Shown here in pieces: positions 26,637-35,957 of a stretch of 51,329 nucleotides of DNA. This stretch comes from an uncultured Eubacteriales bacterium (GTDB taxonomy: Bacteria > Bacillota > Clostridia > Oscillospirales > Acutalibacteraceae). A program made the position numbers and the translations under genes. How positions within the stretch are numbered: position 1 is the stretch's first letter; each line of letters begins with the position of its first letter. The notes under the pieces were generated by a model. That model saw only the letters and a list, made by a program, of their open reading frames with translations. It was not told where the DNA came from and made no database searches. The stretch covers positions 1-51,329 of the forward strand of contig ONAH01000040.1 of NCBI GenBank assembly GCA_900315715.1. The letters run 5' to 3'.

Positions 26637-28086
26637 AAACCATAAGTTCCATTATGAGATAGAAAACCTGGTGAGACTGTTTTTTCCTAATGCAAAGATA
26701 GAAATTGTGTTTGATGTTCCCGAAAAACTGTCTTCGCCTTATATATATACAGAATACGTTGATAATGATGAAGAATGTACGATAAATATTGATATATTTA
26801 TTGATAAATATACTGATAATTTTTCGAAATCATTTAATAAAGCCGTGTATGCTGATGCTGAACTTCAAATGGCTATAATGCTGTATGAAATACTTGTTAG
26901 ATTCACGGGTATTGAACAGCCATGGGGATTGCTTACAGGTGTCAGACCGGTAAAGCTTTTCAGGCGGCTAATGCAGGAGGGCGGTTTTGATTATGCTGTC
27001 GATAAATTCAAAGATGAGTTTAAGGTAAGTGATGAGAAAATTGCACTGACGACAGAAACCGAAAAAAATGAGAGAAGAATACTTGAACTCTCCTCAGACA
27101 AGTCGTTTAGTTTATATATTTCCATACCGTTTTGTCCAAGCAGGTGCAGTTACTGTTCTTTTGTGTCAGCCTCTGTGGAAAGAACGTCGCATCTGATAGA
27201 ACCGTATGTTGATTTACTGTGCAGTGAACTTGAGGAAACTGCCATATATGCAAAGAATATAGGTTTAAAGCTAGAGTCGGTTTATATGGGAGGAGGAACG
27301 CCTACAACGTTGTCTGCAAGCCAGATGAAGAAGGTGTTATGTACAGTAAGGGATAAGTTTGATTTGTCAACATGCCGTGAGTTTACAGTTGAAGCAGGTC
27401 GGCCGGATACTATTACTTCGGAGAAGCTTGAAGCAATTTCAAACTGTGGCGTAGATAGAATAAGTATAAACCCTCAGACACTTAACGACAGTGTATTGAA
27501 AACAATAGGCAGACGTCACACCGCACAGGAGGCAATAGACGCATTTAAGCTTGCAAGGTCTTTTGGATTTAGTCATATAAACACAGATTTGATAGTAGGT
27601 TTGCCGGGAGATACAGTAGAGAGTTTTAAGTCAACGCTTGACAGGATAACAGAACTTGAGCCGGAGAGTATCACAGTACATACACTGTCAATGAAGCGTG
27701 CGTCAACGCTTACCATGGACGGAAAAAACCTTGATAAAAAAGAAGCACGAGTTGCTTGTGAAATGCTCACTTATGCCACAGAGAAACTTCATGCCTGTGG
27801 GTATTCACCTTACTATTTATACAGACAGAGCAGAATGGTAGGCAATCTTGAGAATACAGGCTGGTCAAAGAGAGGCAAAGAGGGAATATATAACGTATAT
27901 ATTATGGACGAAACACATACGATACTTGCCTGCGGAGCAGGAGCGGTAAGCAAGCTAAAGAATAATAAAAAGGATTGTCTGGAGCGAATATTTAACTTCA
28001 AATATCCATACGAATATATAGATAGATTTAATGAAATATCCGAACGGAAAAAGAGGATAGGAACTTTCTATGATGAATATAACTAA
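26620..28086 (+). CDS. hemZ: Radical SAM coproporphyrinogen-III oxidase-like protein (HemN/HemZ family)
   Basis: CxxxCxxC cluster motif CPSRCSYCSF, GGGTPT, and a HemZ-like N-terminal extension. It overlaps the upstream gene by 17 nt. Confidence 0.75.
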   Translation: MTVYIKNHKFHYEIENLVRLFFPNAKIEIVFDVPEKLSSPYIYTEYVDNDEECTINIDIFIDKYTDNFSKSFNKAVYADAELQMAIMLYEILVRFTGIEQPWGLLTGVRPVKLFRRLMQEGGFDYAVDKFKDEFKVSDEKIALTTETEKNERRILELSSDKSFSLYISIPFCPSRCSYCSFVSASVERTSHLIEPYVDLLCSELEETAIYAKNIGLKLESVYMGGGTPTTLSASQMKKVLCTVRDKFDLSTCREFTVEAGRPDTITSEKLEAISNCGVDRISINPQTLNDSVLKTIGRRHTAQEAIDAFKLARSFGFSHINTDLIVGLPGDTVESFKSTLDRITELEPESITVHTLSMKRASTLTMDGKNLDKKEARVACEMLTYATEKLHACGYSPYYLYRQSRMVGNLENTGWSKRGKEGIYNVYIMDETHTILACGAGAVSKLKNNKKDCLERIFNFKYPYEYIDRFNEISERKKRIGTFYDEYN

Positions 28087-29041
28087 TTCTTACAGACGGT
28101 ATGCTCTGACCTTGAGGGAGATTAATGACTATGCAAAGCAAGATCCTCAAGGGTTTGTAGAAATGTCAGAAAATGCGTACAGAAGCGATATTAAAGAAAT
28201 TGCAAGAAGTATTGTTGATGATAAAGAGAAGTGTCGAGTTATTTTGCTTGCAGGCCCTTCAGCCTCAGGAAAAACCACTACCGCAAAAATGCTGAATGAA
28301 GAATTTGAAAAAATAGGTTGTGGTTCAGAGATAGTATCAATGGATAACTTTTATCTTGGAGAAAGAAGTGTACCGAAAACAGAAGACGGTAAGCCTGACT
28401 TTGAAACTGTTCATGCGTTGAATATCCCACAAATAGAGCAGTGCATATCAAATTTGCTGGAATATGGCTGGGCAGATATAGCGCAGTTTGATTTTGCATC
28501 AAGTACACCTCTTGAGACAACTACAAGAATAAATCTGCATAATGATTCAATAGCAATTATTGAGGGAATACACGCACTAAACCCGATTTTTACAGAGCAT
28601 ATACGTTCAAAGTCAGGATTAAAAAAGATATACATTAGCGTAAAGCAGGGTATAAGAAAAACACCTGATACAGGGTATATGCTAACTGCGGCAGAACTAA
28701 GACTGATGAGGCGAATTGTACGTGACTGCAAGTTCAGAGGCAGTAATGCAGAGCATACAATGGGAATGTGGGAGAATGTACTGTTAGGTGAGAAAAAGTA
28801 TATTACCCCATATAAGTACGCAGGAGATATAACAATAAATTCACTTCATATCTATGAGCCGTGTGTAATAGCAGCGAAAACAATACCATACATGAGTAAG
28901 GTTGAAAAAAACAATCCTGAATATGACTATGCACAGTTTTTGATAGCACAAGCGGAGAGGTTTTGCAGTATAGACGAGAGTTTAGTTCCCGAGGATTCTT
29001 TGCTCAGAGAATTCTTAGGAAATGGTAAATATAGGTACTGA
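28070..29041 (+). CDS. Uridine kinase/PRK-family P-loop nucleoside kinase-like protein
   Basis: Walker A GPSASGKTT and IIEGIHALNP. It overlaps the hemZ-like stop by 17 nt. Confidence 0.7.
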   Translation: MMNITNSYRRYALTLREINDYAKQDPQGFVEMSENAYRSDIKEIARSIVDDKEKCRVILLAGPSASGKTTTAKMLNEEFEKIGCGSEIVSMDNFYLGERSVPKTEDGKPDFETVHALNIPQIEQCISNLLEYGWADIAQFDFASSTPLETTTRINLHNDSIAIIEGIHALNPIFTEHIRSKSGLKKIYISVKQGIRKTPDTGYMLTAAELRLMRRIVRDCKFRGSNAEHTMGMWENVLLGEKKYITPYKYAGDITINSLHIYEPCVIAAKTIPYMSKVEKNNPEYDYAQFLIAQAERFCSIDESLVPEDSLLREFLGNGKYRY

Positions 29042-29209
29042 TATTAGTGACTATTTTAAATAGTAGAGAATTGGTAAAATTATGCAAACTGATGATTTAC
29101 AAAAATTAAAAAAATTATACTATATTTTATACTTGGAAAGTGATATAATACTATCGTATTTTTGAAAAATACAAAAATACAAAATTAGTAGAATAGGGAG
29201 GAATAAAAA

Positions 29210-29665
29210 ATGAGTTTATTTGATGACGTAATTGTAAATGTTGCAGCTGCTGTTGACGAGGTAAACAAGAAAACATCGGAGATAGTTGACAGATCAAAGG
29301 TAAGAATATCTTCGGCAGAACTTAGAAATAAGATATCGGCTCAGTTTGAAACACTTGGAAGATATGTATATGATACGACGGTAGCAGGTACAACAGATCA
29401 GACAGTAGTAGAGCAGTATGTAACAGAGATAACAACACTTATAAATGAGTTAAAGAGTCTTCAGGAGTCACTTGTAACATCAAGCGGCAAGATCATCTGC
29501 CCGAAGTGTAACTGTACGAATTCTTCTGACAGCCTTTTCTGCAAGAGATGCGGAAACACATTGGACTTTGCTAATATTTATACAGCAAAGTACCCCGTAA
29601 CACAGCCTGACGAGGTAACGTCATCTGAGGAAGCAGCTCCTGAATCAGAGAACGAAAACGCATAA
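29210..29665 (+). CDS. Zinc-ribbon domain protein of unknown function
   Basis: Coiled-coil-like N-terminal part, then CPKC...CKRCG. GGGAGG RBS. Confidence 0.7.
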   Translation: MSLFDDVIVNVAAAVDEVNKKTSEIVDRSKVRISSAELRNKISAQFETLGRYVYDTTVAGTTDQTVVEQYVTEITTLINELKSLQESLVTSSGKIICPKCNCTNSSDSLFCKRCGNTLDFANIYTAKYPVTQPDEVTSSEEAAPESENENA

Positions 29666-29688
29666 TTTTTTATTAATGGGTTGAATAG

Positions 29689-29725
29689 GTAATACGCCAG
29701 CATGAATTGCGGCGTATTACTTTTT
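29689..29725 (+). terminator. Rho-independent terminator
   Basis: Perfect 10-bp stem GTAATACGCC / GGCGTATTAC followed by TTTTT. Confidence 0.8.
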
Positions 29726-29763
29726 GAGTAAATGAGAATAAAAAGTTGAAAAGAGGAGATCCT

Positions 29764-31500
29764 TTGAAAAAAATTAAGGTGAAGAGCAAAGCGGCAAACA
29801 AACAAAGCTTTATGCTTGGTGCTACGATTATGACTTTCTGTCTGTTGATAGTAAAAATAATCGGAATGTTGTATAAGGTTAGCTTATCAAATTTGTACGG
29901 TGCAGTTGGAGCAGGACTGCTTGGAAATGCTTACGAGCTTTATATTCCGTTGTTTACACTAGCAACGGCAGGATTTCCGATAGCGGTTTCGAGAATGGTA
30001 TCTGAGAGTATGTCATCCGGAAGATATAAGGACGTGCGGCGTATCAAAGATGTTGCGATACCGTTTTTTGTAATAGCAGGTACAATAGCATTACTGCTGA
30101 TGGTGCTTTTCAGCTTTTTCTATGTAAGATTGATAGATGCACCAGGCTCTTTCGTAGCAATATTGGTGCTTGCCCCGGCAATATTCTTTGGTTGTCTTGT
30201 ATCGGCATACAGAGGATATTACGAGGGTATGAGGAACATGGTTCCAACCTCAGTGTCAGAGATAGTAGAGGCTTTTGTAAAGCTTATAGTAGGTTATTCC
30301 TTCGCAGCGTTTGTAATGAAATACGGTTCACAGTTGTTTGGAATAAATGATAACTACACCCTCATAAAGTGGTCGGTAGCAGCGGCTATTTCGGGAATAA
30401 CGCTTGGATCATTTTTCAGTTTTTTATATATATGGTTAAGGTTTAAAAGAGAGGGCGACGGAATAACAGCGGAGATGCTCAAGAATTCTCCCCGTCCAAA
30501 AACAAAAAAGGAAACATTTCGTATATTACTGCGTACAGCAATACCGATAGGTCTTGGAGCTTTAATAATGAGTATAGCAGGAACGGTTGACGCTGCACTG
30601 ATACAAAGACGTCTTATAACGATGATGGAGAGAACTCCGGAACTTTTGCTAATGCAGTATCCCGGATTGATACCGGATGATATATTGCAACGTGAAAAAG
30701 TACATACTTACCTTTGGGGCTGTTATAATTATGCACTTACAATAATGAATCTGGTAGTTACGGTAACACAGGCATTTGGTACAACTGCACTTCCAAATGT
30801 AACAAATGCATTTATGAAGGGCAATAAAGAGTATTTAAGACAAAGCATAGAAACAGTAATGAGAGTAACATTTGTGTTTACAATTCCCGCAGGTCTTGGT
30901 CTTACAGTGTTAGCAAACCCAATAATGCACCTGATATACGGATATAAACCGGATGTAGATGTTTCTGTTGAAATACTTAGATTAATGGGTATAGCAGTAA
31001 TCGTATTTGCTGCGGCAACTCCAATGTGTAGTATGCTTCAAGCTATTGGCAGAATAGATATGCCACTCAAACTGTACGCAATAGGAATGGTTATTAAGGT
31101 AGTGTCAAATTATATATTTGTTGGAATACCTCAGATAAACGTACAGGGAGGTAGTATAGGTACACTGTTATGCTATACTTTTGTAATGATAGTATCAGTG
31201 TATGTACTTGTTAAGGAAACGAAAATAGTGCCGGATTTTAGAGTTGTTGTGATAAAACCTGCCGTTTCGGCAATAATATGTATTATGGCATCGGGATTTC
31301 TTTACAAGATGTTGTCAGGTATGATGAACCCGAACAGAACAAATGCACTTATAATAATAGTAGCTTGTGTGATAGTTGCGTGTGTAATATATGTTCTTTT
31401 CCTGTTGATTCTTAGAGCAATTACCAAAGATGATCTTTTGATGATGCCTAAAGGTAACAAAATTGTTACAGTTCTTGAAAAATATCGTCTTATAAGGTAA
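29764..31500 (+). CDS. MOP-superfamily polysaccharide/lipid II flippase-like protein (YabM/SpoVB-like)
   Basis: Polytopic membrane protein in the position of yabM upstream of mazG. TTG at 29764 lies 5 nt after AGAGGAG. Confidence 0.8.
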   Translation: MKKIKVKSKAANKQSFMLGATIMTFCLLIVKIIGMLYKVSLSNLYGAVGAGLLGNAYELYIPLFTLATAGFPIAVSRMVSESMSSGRYKDVRRIKDVAIPFFVIAGTIALLLMVLFSFFYVRLIDAPGSFVAILVLAPAIFFGCLVSAYRGYYEGMRNMVPTSVSEIVEAFVKLIVGYSFAAFVMKYGSQLFGINDNYTLIKWSVAAAISGITLGSFFSFLYIWLRFKREGDGITAEMLKNSPRPKTKKETFRILLRTAIPIGLGALIMSIAGTVDAALIQRRLITMMERTPELLLMQYPGLIPDDILQREKVHTYLWGCYNYALTIMNLVVTVTQAFGTTALPNVTNAFMKGNKEYLRQSIETVMRVTFVFTIPAGLGLTVLANPIMHLIYGYKPDVDVSVEILRLMGIAVIVFAAATPMCSMLQAIGRIDMPLKLYAIGMVIKVVSNYIFVGIPQINVQGGSIGTLLCYTFVMIVSVYVLVKETKIVPDFRVVVIKPAVSAIICIMASGFLYKMLSGMMNPNRTNALIIIVACVIVACVIYVLFLLILRAITKDDLLMMPKGNKIVTVLEKYRLIR

Positions 31501-31551
31501 AATATGTATTGTTTAATGTGAATAGTTATGATTTGTTAACTGGAGAGAAAA

Positions 31552-32346
31552 ATGGATTTTAAATTTAAGGATAGATATGATTTTGACGATCTGGTTGAGA
31601 TAGTAAGGTGTCTGAGGCAGCCCGACGGTTGTCCTTGGGATAAGGTTCAGACACATAAAACAATCAGGCAGGATTTTATAGAAGAAACATATGAGGTAAT
31701 AGAAGCCATAGATAATGAAGATACGGAGCTTCTCAGAGAAGAACTTGGAGATGTTCTTTTGCAGGTGGTTTTTCATGCACAGATAGAGAGAGAGAAGTCT
31801 GTATTTGATATAAATGATGTTGCAAATGATGTATGTCAGAAACTAATTATCAGACACCCTCACGTATTTGGAGATGTAAACGCAGATACAACAGAAAAGG
31901 TGCTTGATAACTGGGATAAAATAAAAATGCAGACAAAATCTCAGAGCACATTGTCAGAAAGTATGGATAGTATAGCAAGGTCGTTGCCATCGCTAATGCG
32001 TGCAACAAAGATGCAGAAGAAAGCACGAAAAGCAGGATTTGATTTCGAAAACGTTGACGACGCTATCGAAAAGGTATATGAGGAGTTGTCTGAGGTAAAG
32101 GAAGCCATAAAAAGTTCCGACGAAAAGGCAAAAGCTGAGGAGATAGGCGATTTACTTTTCTCAGTGGTGAATGTTGCAAGGTTTGCAGAAGTAGATAGTG
32201 AAAAGGCATTATATGATGCATGTGATAAATTTCTTGCCCGATTTACTGCTATGGAGAAGATGGCTAATGAGGACGGAAAAGAATTAAGCGAAATGACGCT
32301 TGCAGAGCTTGAAGCATTATGGAATAAGATAAAAGCATTATCATAA
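31552..32346 (+). CDS. mazG: Nucleoside triphosphate pyrophosphohydrolase MazG
   Basis: DGCPWDKVQTH, EETYEVIEAI and EELGDVLLQV, with a second MazG repeat (EEIGDLLFSVVN). Confidence 0.9.
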   Translation: MDFKFKDRYDFDDLVEIVRCLRQPDGCPWDKVQTHKTIRQDFIEETYEVIEAIDNEDTELLREELGDVLLQVVFHAQIEREKSVFDINDVANDVCQKLIIRHPHVFGDVNADTTEKVLDNWDKIKMQTKSQSTLSESMDSIARSLPSLMRATKMQKKARKAGFDFENVDDAIEKVYEELSEVKEAIKSSDEKAKAEEIGDLLFSVVNVARFAEVDSEKALYDACDKFLARFTAMEKMANEDGKELSEMTLAELEALWNKIKALS

Positions 32347-32405
32347 GATAATGTTAGCTTATAATACACAACAATACTGTTTTTCAGTAAGACGGAGGAT
32401 TATTT

Positions 32406-32687
32406 ATGAATAAAAGCGATTTGATCTCTGTTGTTGCAGAGAAAAACGAACTAACAAAGAAAGATGCAGAAAAGATCGTAACAATGGTATTTGATACGAT
32501 AGTCGATGCAGTAGCAGCAGGAGAAAAGGTACAGCTTGTTGGTTTTGGTACATTTGAGCAGAAGATTCGCAAGGAGAGAACAGGAGTAGATCCAAGGACA
32601 CATCAGTCAATAACTATACCCGAAGCAAAGGTTCCGTCCTTTAAGGCAGGAAAAGCATTCAAGGATATTGTGGATAGTAAAGAATAA
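32406..32687 (+). CDS. hup: HU-family DNA-binding protein
   Basis: MNKSDLI...GFGTFE...R.GVDPRT...IPEAKVPSFKAGK. Confidence 0.9.
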   Translation: MNKSDLISVVAEKNELTKKDAEKIVTMVFDTIVDAVAAGEKVQLVGFGTFEQKIRKERTGVDPRTHQSITIPEAKVPSFKAGKAFKDIVDSKE

Positions 32688-32692
32688 TCATA

Positions 32693-32734
32693 AGGGTGCA
32701 GACTGGTATTTCAGACTGTCACCCTAATTTTTTT
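32693..32734 (+). terminator. Rho-independent terminator
   Basis: Stem AGGGTGCAGACTG / CAGACTGTCACCCT (one mismatch) followed by AATTTTTTT. Confidence 0.65.
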
Positions 32735-32745
32735 GAGGTGAAACA

Positions 32746-32988
32746 ATGCGTTTAGATAAGTATTTAAAGGTGTCAAGAATAATAAAACGCAGAACAGTTG
32801 CAAATGAAGCATGTGATGCAGGTAGAGTTCTTGTCAACGATAAAATAGAACGTGCGTCCTACACAGTTAAGGTGGGAGATATAATAGAGGTTCAGCTTGG
32901 AGCAAAGCCATTTAGAGCAGAAGTGTTAAGCATAAATGAATATGCAAAAAAGGACGAAGCACCAATGATGTATAAGGTGATTAACTGA
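32746..32988 (+). CDS. yabO: S4-domain RNA-binding protein (YabO/Hsp15-like)
   Basis: MRLDKYLKVSRIIKRR...A...GRV.VN, in the conserved position after mazG/hup. Confidence 0.85.
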   Translation: MRLDKYLKVSRIIKRRTVANEACDAGRVLVNDKIERASYTVKVGDIIEVQLGAKPFRAEVLSINEYAKKDEAPMMYKVIN

Positions 32989-33017
32989 AAATAAATAATT
33001 CTGAATAAAGAAGTAGA

Positions 33018-33054
33018 GCTGTCACATACAAAAAAGGTGACAGCCTTATTTTCT
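33018..33054 (+). terminator. Rho-independent terminator
   Basis: Stem GCTGTCAC / GTGACAGC followed by CTTATTTTCT. Confidence 0.7.
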
Positions 33055-33121
33055 CTGTGATATTGCAATAAGAAGGATTGTATGATAAAATTTATGAGAA
33101 TTAGAGTATGGCGGTGATTTT

Positions 33122-34582
33122 GTGAGAAGAATACTATCACTTATTGTATTAGTAAGTGTTTTTTTGAGTATGCCTGTTTATGCAGAGGAAACATATAATT
33201 ATGTTGAGATAATAGATTCTGTAATATGCTATAAAAGTGACGACAATGAAGCTGTAATCATTGATGATAAACTGTTGGAGAATATCGGAGTAAATGTATA
33301 TGACTGGTATGCTTTTTGTGCAGGAAGATTAGGCAGAGATGAGCGCTTTAAAGATTATTTAAACGGGATAAATGCATATATTACGAATAATGATTATATT
33401 AACACTATTGACTATGAACGACTTGCACTTGTATTGACAGCTTGTGGTGAGGATATATCAGGTAACGAAGTATTAAACAAGGCTGTATTTGAGGGCTTTA
33501 GCTGTAATAATTTGTCGGAAAAGATAGTAAATCATCTGATATTTGCTCTTCTTGTTTTGGACACTGAATTTTACGAAATCCCAAACACCGCTGATCTTAC
33601 AAGAAGAGCTTTAATATCGGAAATACTAAGCAGGCAGTTGGATTCGGGTGCAGTGTATATGATGAATAAGACGACGCCTGAAACCGATCTTACCGCAATG
33701 ATGATAACTTCACTTTTCCCGTATATGAACAGCAGAGAAGAATTTTTATACACAGATACAAACGGGGTTGAGAAAAAAACAACAGTAAGAGAGGCTGTCG
33801 AAAAAGGTTTATGCTACTTATCATCAGCACAAGACGAAAACGGTGCTATGATAAACTGGGGTAAGCCAAGCTGTGAAACTACTGCTCAGACAATAGTTGC
33901 CTTATGTACGCTGGGAATAGATATAGAGAAAGATGAACGGTTTATAAAAAACGGAAATACACTTATGGACGGCTTAATGAGCTATAAGCTTGAAAGCGGT
34001 GGATTTGCACATTCGTTTGAAGGTCTTGGAAAAGCTGACGGATATGCTTCAACACAAGGTATGTATGCTGTAATATCATATTTAAGGAGCAAAAACGGAT
34101 ACAGAAATCTATTTGATATGAGAGAGGAGCAAGATAACAATCTATTTGATAATATTAATGCTCTTGAAAATGCAATAGAAATGCTTGATACATCAGATAT
34201 ACCACAGGCGAAAAGGCTATTGGAAAAGTATTCTCAGATACCCTTGACAGAGAGAATGTACGTTAGAAATTTCTGCAAACTTGACGATACTCTAAAGACC
34301 AATGATATAGAGAACACAGCAGACTATATTGCCGATGATATGACAGCTTCTAACTATAAAGACCGACATTTGATTGACATTACAGTTCAAAGAATACCTG
34401 TATCCGAAGAGTATATTGACGAAGCAAACAGTACGTTCAGTATACTTGAAGATAGTCATGTAGAGAATAATGCAAACGGCAAAATGAGTGTATTACAGAT
34501 AACGTCAGTTTGTTGTGTTGGAGTGTTAGCAGTATGTGTGATAATATTTAATCATACCTACTTAAAAAGGAACAAAAGATGA
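33122..34582 (+). CDS. Secreted, C-terminally membrane-anchored alpha/alpha-toroid protein (prenyltransferase/terpene-cyclase-like repeats)
   Basis: Signal peptide ...VFLSMPVYA. Repeats of the Q..(D/E).G(G/A) type: QLDSGAVYM, AQDENGAMINWG, YKLESGGFAHS. C-terminal TM VLQITSVCCVGVLAVCVIIF followed by KRNKR. GTG start with a weak RBS. Confidence 0.7.
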   Translation: MRRILSLIVLVSVFLSMPVYAEETYNYVEIIDSVICYKSDDNEAVIIDDKLLENIGVNVYDWYAFCAGRLGRDERFKDYLNGINAYITNNDYINTIDYERLALVLTACGEDISGNEVLNKAVFEGFSCNNLSEKIVNHLIFALLVLDTEFYEIPNTADLTRRALISEILSRQLDSGAVYMMNKTTPETDLTAMMITSLFPYMNSREEFLYTDTNGVEKKTTVREAVEKGLCYLSSAQDENGAMINWGKPSCETTAQTIVALCTLGIDIEKDERFIKNGNTLMDGLMSYKLESGGFAHSFEGLGKADGYASTQGMYAVISYLRSKNGYRNLFDMREEQDNNLFDNINALENAIEMLDTSDIPQAKRLLEKYSQIPLTERMYVRNFCKLDDTLKTNDIENTADYIADDMTASNYKDRHLIDITVQRIPVSEEYIDEANSTFSILEDSHVENNANGKMSVLQITSVCCVGVLAVCVIIFNHTYLKRNKR

Positions 34583-35127
34583 AGAAGAATATAATAGCTA
34601 TTGCTGCAGCAGTTATTCTGCTGACTATACTGATATGTACTCTTGATATCCAGACTCCCGAACAGTATTATTCTGAAAAGGGGGACGAAATATTATCTGA
34701 CAGTTTTACGGTAACAATGTCAGTGGATTGTTTGGTATTAGCGAATAATCCGGCTCTTTTAGAAAAAACAGAGAAACAAAATTCCACACTACCCGAAAAT
34801 GGAATAATAATTCCCGAAACACAGTGTATTATACATAGGGGAGATACAGTATTTAACGTACTGACGAATTCTTTGAAGAAAAACAAGATTCAGTATGATT
34901 ACAGCGGAGGGGACGGTTTGAGTGCTGTCTATGTTAAAGGAATAAATAATCTGTATGAGCATGACTTTGGAGATTTGTCAGGTTGGATGTACAGCGTAAA
35001 TGGTGATTTTCCTCAGGTATCATGTTCTGATTATGTATTAGATGACGGAGATGTAATTTGCTGGAAATACAGTTGTGATTTAGGACGTGATATAGGGGAT
35101 AATTATTACAAAAATAAAAAAGAATAA
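34579..35127 (+). CDS. DUF4430 (transcobalamin-like C-terminal domain) protein with an N-terminal membrane anchor
   Basis: ATGA overlap with the upstream stop (34579-34582). Motifs GDTVFNVL and GWMYSVNGDFP...DYVLDDGDVICWKYS. Confidence 0.8.
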   Translation: MKKNIIAIAAAVILLTILICTLDIQTPEQYYSEKGDEILSDSFTVTMSVDCLVLANNPALLEKTEKQNSTLPENGIIIPETQCIIHRGDTVFNVLTNSLKKNKIQYDYSGGDGLSAVYVKGINNLYEHDFGDLSGWMYSVNGDFPQVSCSDYVLDDGDVICWKYSCDLGRDIGDNYYKNKKE

Positions 35128-35142
35128 ATTTTTAAAAAACTA

Positions 35143-35171
35143 TTGACAAACGATTTTAGTTGTAGTATAAT
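35143..35171 (+). promoter_or_regulatory. Consensus sigma-A promoter of tRNA-Val
   Basis: TTGACA (35143-35148), 17-nt spacer, TATAAT (35166-35171). It lies 30 nt upstream of the tRNA. Confidence 0.7.
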
Positions 35172-35200
35172 ACATATTGTCGTCAAGAGATACGACAAAC

Positions 35201-35276
35201 GGGAGCATAGCTCAGCTGGGAGAGCATCTGCCTTACAAGCAGAGGGTCACAGGTTCGAGCCCTGTTGTTCCCACCA
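35201..35276 (+). tRNA. tRNA-Val (anticodon TAC), CCA encoded
   Basis: Cloverleaf read by hand. Acceptor GGGAGCA/TGTTCCC, D arm GCTC-AGCTGGGA-GAGC, anticodon stem TCTGC/GCAGA with loop CTTACAA, T arm ACAGG-TTCGAGC-CCTGT, discriminator A plus CCA. Confidence 0.95.
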
Positions 35277-35277
35277 A

Positions 35278-35313
35278 ATACCCTTCGGTTTATCCGAAGG
35301 GTATTTTTTTTTT
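35278..35313 (+). terminator. Rho-independent terminator
   Basis: 11-bp stem ATACCCTTCGG / CCGAAGGGTAT followed by a run of 10 T. Confidence 0.85.
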
Positions 35314-35458
35314 AGATTAATCAAAGTTGTAATATTTTAGCTGTAAATGAACTATTGTTTTATTTTTTGTAGTGTGATATAATTAGTGTATATTGGCAAT
35401 TTATAACCTTTTATACGGCTGATGATAATATAAAATCAATAAGCAGAGGAATGATAAT

Positions 35459-35953
35459 ATGAGTAAAGATAATGCTAAAAAGGGAAAACGTGAGGAGCAA
35501 ATACGCAAACTTAGAGAAAAACGAGAGATATGTTTTGCAGTATTATTTGAGATGACTTTTTCTGATGAAACAGTAGAACAAATACTTGAGAAAGCATACC
35601 AGGTAAAGCTTCTTGATAAACTGTACTCTGATGATAAAGACTTAGCGGATGAAGAAGAGATAATCCCTGAAACAGATGAATTTATTATAGATATATTAGA
35701 GTCATACTCAGATCATAAAGATGAGATAGATGATGAAATAAAATCTCATATTAAAGGCTGGACGATAGAACGTTTGTCAAGAGTAACACTAAGTGTACTG
35801 CGTTTTGCGATAACAGAGTTAAAATACGGCACAACATCTGAGAAGATAGTAATAAATGAAGCAGTTGAGTTGTCTAAGAAGTACTCAACGCCACAAGATG
35901 CACGTTTTGTAAACGGAGTTTTAGGATCTGTTGTAAGAAAGACCGAAGAGTGA
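35459..35953 (+). CDS. nusB: Transcription antitermination factor NusB
   Basis: C-terminal NusB signature ...ERLSRVTLSVLRFAITEL...INEAVELSKKYS....FVNGVLG. Lys/Glu-rich N-terminal extension. Confidence 0.85.
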   Translation: MSKDNAKKGKREEQIRKLREKREICFAVLFEMTFSDETVEQILEKAYQVKLLDKLYSDDKDLADEEEIIPETDEFIIDILESYSDHKDEIDDEIKSHIKGWTIERLSRVTLSVLRFAITELKYGTTSEKIVINEAVELSKKYSTPQDARFVNGVLGSVVRKTEE

Positions 35954-35957
35954 TATT

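Noticed and set aside
31941-32369. 142-aa antisense ORF inside mazG
   Set aside because: It is a Ser/Ala/Phe-rich shadow of the Glu/Lys-rich MazG frame, and the mazG motifs are unambiguous.
35201-35276. tRNA-Val as an integration hotspot flanked by an island
   Set aside because: There is no integrase on either side, and I saw no duplicated copy of the tRNA 3' end. The flanking genes are conserved core genes.
35143-35340. 65-aa + strand ORF
   Set aside because: It reads straight through the tRNA-Val gene, its promoter and its terminator.
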